64,000 nucleotides of DNA from Macrostomum hystrix. Lineage: Eukaryota; Animalia; Platyhelminthes. The position numbers were made by a program, and so were the translations under genes. The notes under the pieces were generated by a model that was given only the letters and a program-made list of their open reading frames with translations, was not told the DNA's origin and ran no database searches. Every line of letters begins with the position of its first letter. Within the stretch, counting starts at the first letter, position 1. Where the stretch lies: contig CATNEN010000005.1 of NCBI GenBank assembly GCA_950097015.1, positions 3,844,001 through 3,908,000 on the forward strand. The letters are read 5' to 3'. Shown in pieces: positions 54,073 to 64,000 of this stretch.

Positions 54073-57000
54073 TCACTTCCACACACGACAGGTGTTGTCC
54101 TTGCTACCAGTGATGATAGTATTTCCTTCGTAGTTGAAGGCACAACTGAAGATCTCATCGGTGTGACCCTCCAGTGCCTGAGTCTGCGCGCCGGTCTCGC
54201 AGTCCCACAGTCTGGCGGTCTTGTCGGCTGATGCTGTGAGTAGCCTGGTGCCCTGCGGATTGAAGCACACCTTGCTGACTTCGCCTTCGTGACCTTCGAG
54301 TTTGCACAGCAGACGGAAACTGCCGCGGATGTCCCAGCAGCGGCCGGTGGCGTCAGCGCTGGCAGAGGCGAGCCGGTGTCCCGGCAGGTCGAAGGCCACG
54401 TCAAGAACTTCGTCTTCATGACCGCCGAGTGTCTGCATAGCGCGGCCTTGACGCACATCCCACACCTGCAGTTTTTGTATTCAAAGGTAAGATTTTTAGA
54501 ACACAAATTGCAAACAAGCAAGCAAGATTTTCATTTTTAGTATATTAGATTAGGGTCTCATCCGAATCCAATGTGAGCAGCATATCGGGGTGAGCATGGG
54601 ATAAAGGTTTTTCAGATTTTTAGAATTGGATCAGGTTATCAAGGTGGTCATGAAATTGACATGAGCATGGGATCATAATAGCAAGAGGAGTACTAGACCA
54701 GGTTGTAGAGGTGAGCATGGGATCAGAATATCGGGTTAGCATAGGATCTGAGCACCAATAATAACTGCAGGAGGGCTGCGGGCAACGGCACATTATTTGG
54801 TGACACTAGACCCGCAGTCGGCGAGGAGACAATTCTGTCTATTTCGCTGACTCCTTTCTCATCGTCGGTGCCTTGAAGGTTGGCCCTCAAGGGTGTAAAT
54901 TGCACGACAAGCACCCAAGCCTTCTCTCTGCGGCTGCGCCCCAAATAAATGTGGCCTCGCGGCGGAATCGAACTTAGGGACCTAAGCGCCTAAGCACTGA
55001 CCCCCCGGATCATGTTATCAAGGTGAGCATAGGATCAGAATCCTAAAATCATTAGACGGGATCAGTACTTACCTTGACTTTCTTATCCATGGAGGCGGTA
55101 GCAACAAGAGTGGCATCCCAGTTGAACACAGCAGCCGAGATCTCAGCCGTGTGACTGACCAGCTGTTGAGTTCGCTTGCCGCTGCGAGCGTCCCACAGGC
55201 AGACGGTGTGATCGAAGCTGGCCGTGAGCACATCCGAGCCCTGCTGACTAAACTGCAGTCCAATCACTTCGGCCGTGTGACCATTCAGTGTGCCAAGCTC
55301 CACACCGGTTTCAACATCCCAAAGTTTAGCCTGAGTGTCCATGGACCCGGTGCCCAGTATGGTAGATGTTGGATTAAACTGCAGGGTGACAATCTCGGCC
55401 GTGTGGCCCCGAAAGGTGTGATGCAATGTGCCCCGCTCGGCTGACCACAGCTTTGCAGTTTTATCGAAACTGCCGGTACCAATCTTGTCCGAGTAGGGCA
55501 GATTAAACGCGATGGCGTACACCACATTGCGATGACCTTCCAATGTGAATTTCTCTTCGCCCGAGCCGGTGTCCCAAACTTTGCAGGTGCGATCGTAGGA
55601 GCCGGTGATGAATTCTGTGCCGTTTTTGTTGAATGCCACGTTTGTCAGGGGTAGGATGTGCGCCCGAAGCACCTGGGCGGTGTTTTTGCATAGGGAAGGA
55701 ACACATTTTTACTGATTATTGAGGAATTTCCGGTGTTCTTTTATACTCCGATCGATTCTGTCTAAAAATTTCTCTCTCCTCCGGCGCATTCTGATTGGTC
55801 AGACTCTCACCCTCGTTCTCTTACCCGCTAATCGCGCACCCCCACCCTTCTCTAATCACACTGTCAAACGCTGGCAGTCTTTCTAAAGATGGTTATCAAC
55901 ACGTGGCTAAGGGTCATTCTAATTGTAATCTTAATTACTATATCTTTAAAACTAACCTATTAAAAAGGCAGACCTATTCGAAGAGAATAAAAGGATACAT
56001 ATTTATAAATTTAAAAAAGATTTTAATAAAGCTGTCTCTAACCTTAAATAGCGAGAACTGGCTGTCATAGACTTCAGCCAGTTTTTTCTGCAGTTTGCCA
56101 ACCAGTTCACGTAGCTGCGGCACCCGCTTGTCTGTGATGAGTGGCTCCTTGCGCACGATCTCTTCAATGATGCTGTCAACATCAGAGCTAAATAGATTGC
56201 ATGGGGAGTTAAAGCATTTCAAACAGCTAATATAAATAAAATTGCAAGATTCAAGAGAAGCTAATAAAGTAGGATTGCTTAATTAACTAAAAAACAAATG
56301 CAATGTAAATTATATCAGGAATTAAATTAACTTCACAGCCTTCACTACTTACTGAGTTGTAAGGTCTAGTAAATCTAGAGCTTTGGTCTTGAGCTGTCCA
56401 CCTTGTTCATATTCTAGAATGATGCCTGTAAATGTAAGAACATTTTAAGAGTGTAAAAGAAATTGAAAAATCAAACTAAAAAACTTCAGTAGAATATTAG
56501 AATTGAATACTTAAATTTATTCATTAGTCATTGCCTGTTATAACATCATTAATGTTGTGACTAAAATATTGTGAATATTGTGAATTGTAAAAAATGTTGT
56601 GAATAAAATTGTGACTAAAGGATTTGGATATCCTTATAAAGCACTAAATAAAAAATACTAAAATGTGGTGTTGAACATATATAATTTACATGTGCAAACT
56701 ATGTAGGTCTATGTATATTTTATATAAATAGCTTTATCTAGCAAGGCAATTAGCCTTCAAAATCTAATTATAGTTTGTTAAACTTTAGCAAACTAGTTAA
56801 AGTTATTAAGGTTTGCAAGAAGACGACAAGCTAAATTTTATTAGCACTAAATGTTTTGTTTAGTGTGTCATGCAGTAGAATCTAATCCAAGAATGTCAAA
56901 ATAGCTAGGAAGCTAGCTACTGAGGAAAGTTAGCTGTATAGTATAAGTAAAATATGTATTTAGATAATACTGAAATCATTTATTAATATCTGTCAGATTA

Positions 57001-57191
57001 GGCTCAAAAGTTGCTAAAAATTTATTAAGGAATGGGTCAAACAAGCAAGACCAGACAATTTATTAATACATACTTTATTTCAGTCTTCATTATGACATTG
57101 TCGTTTACTTTACTGCACACAAAAAAATATTAAAGGTATATTAAAACTTACCCGGTGGAAAATATCTTAGGAGAAACCTTTTTAGTTTCAT
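54073..57191 (-). CDS. DAW1: Dynein assembly factor with WD repeats 1 (WDR69/ODA16), ~416 aa. Exons 57191-57152, 56425-56353, 56187-56043, 55672-55073, 54465-54073
   Basis: [13 protein letters not shown]|[10 protein letters not shown]..|..LFK|[52 protein letters not shown] matches DAW1 throughout; all four introns are GT-AG and phase-consistent. Confidence 0.95.
54845..55005 (-). mobile_element. SINE family A copy (internally deleted) in DAW1 intron 4
   Basis: GGCCCTCAAGGG..GCACGACAAG..ATGTGGCCTCGCGG..AGGGACC blocks are shared with the other copies. Confidence 0.7.
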
Positions 57192-57763
57192 ATTTTAGAA
57201 ATATACTTGCTAAACTTTACAGTAAAATTTTAATCGTACCCCTACAAATGTTTATGTTAAAAAGGAATGTAGCGAAGTAGATTAAAATATTCACTGGCCA
57301 TCATTTTTCGAAACTTCACCGACTCAATAAAATTGTAGAATGACATCATTCATTCTTTAAAAAATATGTTTAAAAAACATGCAATAAAAATTTTTGGCTT
57401 TCGATGGCCGGAAACATATAAGTGTTTAATCTGCTAAACTATGTTGTTTTACTTATACATATAAATTTTTATACATCGCGATCAAACTATTTAAAACGTA
57501 TTGCATGTAAACTAACAAAAAGGAGTTTTGTTTTCTCTTCTCTCTGAAGCATTAGGTTCTTCCAAGAATTTATTAACATGTTTTTGAAGGTTTGAAGGAA
57601 AGTTATATATGAAGGTAGTCTGTAACCATTTCCTTTATAATTACTTAAAGGACTGTAACAGTTTCTTAGAAATATGATATTAATTTATGACTCAAAAAAT
57701 TCTCTTCCTTAAATTCAGCACAAGGACCACTGAAATGGAATGCCAGCATATTTTTCAGTTCAA

Positions 57764-58107
57764 TGTCGCTAAATTATCATGAAGTGCGCCTGCACTGGAC
57801 CCCCTCATGCATTACTCGTATCTTCGCTGCCTGCCCACCTTTTCTCTAATGTACGCCTCAACCCCCCCCCGTGTTCGCCACCCCTCTCGATCGCTCGTCT
57901 GTTATCTTTCTCTCCACAATGTACGCTCAGCTCCCCCATTTGTTATCTCGCTATAATAAAATCAATAAAATTGGTTACGAGACTTCTGGCTATATATTCT
58001 TGACCCGCTGGCTCTCGGACCGCCACAAGGATTTCTAATCGCACCAACAACCAACCTTTATTTAAGCCTCACTTAAATTTACGTGTAAGTCACAACATGG
58101 CGCCCGA
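57764..58107 (+). mobile_element. 5' LTR (57764-58097) and PBS (58098-58107) of a BEL/Pao element
   Basis: TGT...ACA termini and an internal AATAAA, immediately followed by TGGCGCCCGA (tRNA-Lys-type PBS). The LTR start could alternatively be 57780. Confidence 0.75.
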
Positions 58108-58645
58108 TCTAAATTAAAACGCTGTTTCTCGTCTCGTCGCGGTCTCGTTGTCTCGGCTCTGTCTAGTCGTTGTTTTCTTCTGTCTCTTCGCGGTCTCGTC
58201 ATCTCGGTTGTCTCTTCGCGGTCTCGTCATCTCGGTTGTCTCGTCGCGGTCTCGTCATCTCGGTTGTCTCGTCGCGGTCTCGTCATCTCGGCTCTGTCTC
58301 GTCGCGGTCTCGCCTCGCCTGTCTCGCCGCGATTTCGTCAGTCTCTCGCGGTCTTATCGTGGCGGTTTCGCTCCTGGTCTCAGGACACTTCAGTACTTCC
58401 CGGACTACATCATCAGACTGTCGATTGTGTAGTGAGCTTGTCCGACTTATCCGTACGATTTTTTTCAGTTCCTGTACAATTTCAAAGCAACTCTTGTTTT
58501 TTTTGCTCATTGTACCATTGGACCATCTTCCTCCCTTTTTTGGTTGACTATTTTCTCTAGGGTCTTGGCTTATCCCGGGTGTTGACTGCGCTCTGTCCTT
58601 CGTTTATCGGTCATCTAGGGTCGAGCTCGTTTGAGTTGCTTCATC

Positions 58646-61600
58646 ATGTCGTTGTCCAAGGAGGAGATTTCTGAGCTAGTTCGGCGAAGGGCTGTTGTTC
58701 GTTCGAGTATTACGAAGGCAATCGGCAAGGCAGAAGCTCTTCTAGATAAGAGTGGAAAATCGACGGCTGAAGCGGCTGAAGCGGACTCACTGTTGGAGAT
58801 TTTAAAGGCCAAGATGAATCAGCTGGAAAAGATGGATGAGGAGTTAGAATTTGGAATTCCAGACGAGACGTTGGATGAAGAGCAGGATTCAATTCAAGAA
58901 TACTCTCTCAAATGTCGGCAGACAATCAAATTATTAGAAGGGTTTTCCTCGAAATATCAACTCGATACGCGGACCAGTCCAGCTCTAGGTCAGAAGTCAA
59001 CTGAGCCCAACATCCGGCTGCCGAAGCGTCAGATCCCTACCTTTCATGGTACTGTCGCAACCTGGCAAACATTCTGGGATCAGTTTTCATCCTCGATCGA
59101 TTCGAATAACTCACTGTCTGACATAGATAAATTCAATTACCTGCTAGACTGTCTTTCGGATTCAGCTCGCTCTTGCATCCGAGGATTCTCCGTTACTTCG
59201 TCAAATTATCGTGCCGCAGTAAGTACTCTTAAGGATCGCTATGGCAAGCCCGAGATTATTATTCGTGACCTAATGACCCAATTGTCCGACCTTCAACTTG
59301 TTGACACCACATTGATTGGGTTGCAGCGCTTTCACGATGATGTAGCTGCGATCACTCAAAATCTTAGTAACCAAGGTGTCTCTTCATCGTCGTATGAGGC
59401 TCTGCTGCTTCCATCCCTGCTGCGTCGCTGCCCAGCTGAACTTCGACTCGAACTGCACCGCTCAGCCAACTTGGCGGGCAATGAGATTGACTCCATTGAG
59501 GCTCTACTAGAGTGCCTACAAAACGAGATTAACCTTCGAGAAGCTGCTGGTATGACTGCATCGCAGAAGCTCCGCCCTCGAGACTTCGAAAAGGGAGCAA
59601 ACGCCTCAACGATTCCTAAGCTCACTTCTGCATCTACTCTGGTCTCAGACAAGACCACAGCCTTACCTTCCCGTCAAATACAGACAGATTTTCGACCAGC
59701 GGCCTCCGTAAAAGTGTTCTGTACGTACTGTGGTTCCGCCCATATTTCTGAAAAATGCCCAACAATGGCCTCTGTAACTTCTAGAATGAACTTCTTAAAG
59801 AAAACCGATCGTTGCTTCAAGTGTCTTCGAACCGGACACTTATCAAAGGCATGTAGCGATCGCCGCTGCTGCCGAATCTGCTCTGGCAATCATCACTCTA
59901 GCATTTGTACAGCTACCACTGATCAGTCGAACACAAAGGTCGGTCCAATCACAAAGTCTAAGAATCCGCCTCAAGTTCTCTCACGAAAGGACCGATGTTT
60001 GACTGTCTCTTCTCAGCCTTCTTCACAGGATGATCATCACAAGGACCACCCAAACATCACAAACATCGCAGATGAAACAACTCACAGTACTACGTGTCTA
60101 ACTCGAACTGACTCCAATCTGACTAATCAGCAGCAACAGGCAGTTCTTCCAATGTTCATTATGCACAATCCAACTGTCGTATTGCCTGTCGCAAAGGCCA
60201 TTCTGCTAAGCTCCGGAGGTGAACGCGAGTTGATGGTACGCATGTTGCTCGATACTGGTAGCAATCGAACCTATATCCGCGAAGATGTTTGCCAGCTTCT
60301 CGGCCTCCAGTCGACGAACTCCGAACGACTTCAGATATCAGCCTTCTCAGGCCACACCTCAGTGGTCGACTCGGGCAAAGTCACGCTGACTCTTCGAAAA
60401 ATTGACTCACCCCAAGTAATCCGACTCGACGCCAGCATCGTCAAAGATATATGCCAACCACAACGTTCGGTCATGGTTACCAGTTACGAACATCTCGGTG
60501 GCTTAGATCTTGCTGACCCCTATGATCCACGTGACGCTACAACGCCAATTTCCATCCTCGTCGGATCCGATCAATATTATCAAATCGTCACAGGCAATGT
60601 AGTCCGTGGTGCCTCCGGTCCAGTAGCTATGGAAACGAAACTCGGCTTCGTTTTGTGTGGACCACTGACTGTCGACTGCCTGACTAAAGAATATGATCAA
60701 TCAGACAACGCTGCTTGCACAGCAGTTCAAACATTATGCTGCTCAGTCCGAGTGGAAACGGAAGATGACCTAACAAGCTTCCGGAAGCTAGAAACTCTAG
60801 GAATCACGGATCCACACACAAAGCCAGAAGAAAGCTCGTTTGATTGCGCTCCTCGACTATTCGAATCTAGGTATTCCGTTAAGCTACCTTGGAAGCAGCT
60901 AGAAGTCACTCGTTCTCTCGATAATCACTTCGATCTCGCCTTCCGTCGCCTTCGTTCAACAATGCAACGTTTGAATAAGTTTCCTGAGCTCCTGAAGAAG
61001 TACAGGGACATCATTGAAGAGCAGGAACAGGCCGGCATCATTGAGAGAGTTCCGTCTGACGACTTATGCAAACCATTGACTTCGGTCCATTACCTGCCGC
61101 ATTCTTACGTCGTGAAGTCGAACAGTGAATTCACAAAACTCAGAGTTGTCTACGATGGATCCGCCAAGCTGCACAAAGATGATCTGTCCATCAACGATCT
61201 TCTGCAAGTGGGACCAACAGAGTTCCCCCAAATTCCAGCTCTATTAATCCGATTCCGGTGGCATCCGATTGCAATCCTAGCCGATATCGAGAAGGCTTTT
61301 CTGCAAGTCGGAATCGAACTTGAAGATCGCGACTTCTTGCGCTTCCTGTGGGTCCAGTCAAGGGATTCGGAACCAAATCACAATCAGCTGATTCACTACC
61401 GTTTCTGCAGAGTCCCATTCGGATTGACCTGCTCGCCAGCTCTTTTGAAGGTCACCATCCTTCAACATCTCAAGAATCACCAAGCCGCCTTCGTCAAAAG
61501 CGCTGAAATTCTCTCTCGCGACATGTACGTCGATAATCTCGTAACAAGCTGCGACACTGTAAAGGCTGCTACTACTCTCTACCACGATGCTCAAGAGCTG

Positions 61601-64000
61601 TTTCGACTGGCCGGTATGAATATTAGACAATGGCAATCTAACTCTGAAGAGTTCCTATCCATCCTGCCACCAGACGGTGTCGGTCATGCTGAGAAGGTGC
61701 TTGGTCTGACGTGGGACTCCAAAAGAGACATGCTTCTACTCGATTTTCGCTGTTGTGCTGAAGCCACACTACGCGTTGCAACATCCAAACGCTCCATGCT
61801 CGCTTTCTTAGCTAAACTCTACGATCCTCTCGGCCTCATCTCGCCAGCTATGACTGTCGTCAAGTCCCTACTGCAACAGCTGCAAATTAGGAAAGTCTCC
61901 TGGGATGAAACTATTCCGATTGACATTCAGGAAGTGTGGACACAATGGCTCCGCTCCCTCGCATCATTCTACCTAGAAGTCCCTCGCTACTTATTTTTAC
62001 CGTCTCAGAGTCCGCTTCGCATTGAGCTTCATGGGTTCTGTGACGCCAGTGAGAAAGCGTTTGCTGCCTGTATCTACACAGTAGCTTTCTACTCGGAGGA
62101 CAAAACTTCCTCCAGACTCTTACTATCTAAGACTCGCGTAGCACCAATATCGACACTGTCAATCTCCAGACTGGAACTTCTAGGGGCTCTGATTTTGTCT
62201 CGCCTGATGGGCCACGTAACTCAGCAGTATCCTAACGTCTGTAGACACTTTTGGACAGACAGCATGAACACACTACACTGGATCAGGAATGAGAACAAGC
62301 AAAGGAAGCTCTTTGTGCAAAATAGGGTCAGTGAGATCCGACGACTTTCATCACCGTTTGAGTGGCATCACGTTGCGGGCGATGACAATCCGGCCGATTT
62401 GCCGTCACGAGGATGTCTGCCCGAAAAACTTCAAAGTGATGACAGATGGCTTCGAGGACCAGAATTTCTGACTTCGGTTGATCTACCAGAGATACTGGAA
62501 CGACAGAAAAAGGAGCTGTCCCTTGCTGTCACTTGCGTTGCACCTGATGTCAGCCATCAATTATTCGTCTCGTCAACAGCAGAACATCCAAATACGACTG
62601 ACACATCATTATTATCTATTGAAGCAGTTATTGATCCATCTCAGTTTTCGAGTTGGAAGAAGTTGATTCGAGTTTCAGCCTGGGTTCGAAGGTTTATCAG
62701 CAATGTCCGCGCTTCACTCAATCAAGAGGAAAGTTGCATGCTACCATCGATCACAGCAAATGAGTGGCGTGATTCCGAACGTATCTGGCTTCTGAGTAGT
62801 CAGCGAAGGAACTTTTCTCCAGAAATCGAACACTTACGTCACCAGACTACAGCTACATCGGTCAATAAAAATTTGAACCTCTTCTTGGACGATAATGGCC
62901 TCCTTCGCTGCCGAGGTCGCCTGTCCACCGACTTTCATTTCGAGACTAACAATCCAATTCTATTACCGCGTCATACTCAAATCGAACAGCTGATCATTAC
63001 TCACTGTCACGAAGCTGTTTGCCATGGTGGAGTTGGAGACACACTCAGCAAGATCCGAGAAAAGTACTGGGTATTAAAAGGTCGTCAGCGTGTGAAACAG
63101 GAACTAAAGCACTGCGTCATCTGCAAGAAAGTCCAAGGTCTTCCCTTTTCCGTGGCCAAGACTCCGCCTCTACCTGGCTTTCGTCTGTCTGACATCCGTG
63201 CGTTTCAGACTGTCGGCCTCGATCTTGCAGGACCACTGTATTATCGTGCGCACAATGCTCAAGAAGGACTGAAGGCATACATCCTGTTGTTCACCTGCTC
63301 CTCAACCCGAGCCATACATTTAGAGACTCTCTCTGACATGACGACGCCTCAGTTTATCAACGGTCTGCGCCGCTTCGTTGCCAGGAGAGGTCTCCCTTCG
63401 ATAATCAGTGACAACGCGCGAACTTTCACATCCGCAGCTAAGCTCCTCGACATCCGTGTCAACGACGAGATACAAAACTTCTGCAACTCCAGAGGCATAT
63501 CTTGGTCCTTCATCCCTGCCAAAGCTCCTTGGTGGGGTGGCTTCTGGGAGCGCTTGGTCAAATCCGTCAAGCTCGCGCTTCGAAAAACACTAAATCGCTT
63601 ACTGCTAACGTTGGACCAGCTGTCAACTGTGATCATTGAAGTCGAAGCGATCATTAACAGCCGTCCTCTGCTGTATGTCCCATCAGACGACATTGATGAA
63701 ATAATTACTCCGTCGCATTTTCTGACTCTTCGAAGACTCACAAAAGAACCTGATTCACCGAATGAAGTCGTACTGCCACTCCCTAAACGTTTAAGCTTGC
63801 ATCGCGCGGCTCTGACTCACTTCTGGAAAGTCTGGAGAGACGTCTACGCTACAGCGTTAAGAGAGAGATCTGCAATCGTCTGCAAAGGTTCTCGTGAACC
63901 GGTGATCGGCGAAGTGGTGCTTGTAGAAGGTGAGCGTCACCAGTCTCGGCTGAAGTGGAAGCTAGGTGTCGTTGAGTCGTTGTCTCGTGGTCGCGATGGT
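58646..64000 (+). mobile_element. BEL/Pao LTR retrotransposon gag-pol polyprotein, open to the window end (>=1785 codons)
   Basis: Gag LPKRQIPTFHG..WQTFWDQF; three Cys/His knuckles; protease LLDTGS; RT YLPH..KLRVVYDGS, ADIEKAF, YVDN; RNase H GFCDAS, RLEL; integrase H-H-C-C, DLAGP, SDNA, APWWGGFWER. The ATG, YVD and WER motifs are all in one frame. Confidence 0.95.

Noticed and set aside
57661-57673. X-box-like GTTTCTTAGAAAT upstream of DAW1
   Set aside because: It mismatches the RGNAAC half-site and lies in AT-rich DNA, where chance matches are likely.
58120-58560. Ser/Arg-rich ORFs before the BEL gag
   Set aside because: They arise from short GTCTCGTC repeats in the retrotransposon 5' UTR.

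Overview
Eukaryotic (metazoan) genomic DNA, not prokaryotic: spliced genes with GT-AG introns, tRNA-derived SINEs, LTR/LINE elements and large intronic minisatellites. The style (GC-rich exons, minisatellite-packed introns, RFX X-boxes, a ciliary gene) suggests a multiciliated invertebrate such as a Macrostomum-type flatworm; this is inference only. Left to right: a PINCH/LIMS gene (~35-11088) carrying four minisatellite arrays and extra N-terminal LIM-like exons; a GT32 glycosyltransferase pseudogene; an orphan single-exon ORF; tRNA-Asp(GTC); a divergent tetraspanin-like gene; then the centrepiece, two intronless ~7 kb genes in inverted head-to-head orientation (23353-30381 minus, 40686-47744 plus). 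Both encode a ~2350-aa fusion: 3 RRM-like, 14 CCCH zinc fingers, an intact DEAH helicase, RRM/KH-like region, RING-IBR, a PARP-like ADP-ribosyltransferase and 2 WWE. The copies are near-identical except for one strongly diverged RRM2-RRM3-ZnF1 block, and their similarity stops at the start and stop codons. The 10.3 kb spacer is a nest of TE relics. Next come two GGACT paralogues, a complete DAW1/WDR69 gene, and the 5' part of an apparently intact BEL/Pao LTR retrotransposon that runs off the window end. All family assignments are by eye from motifs; no database search was run.
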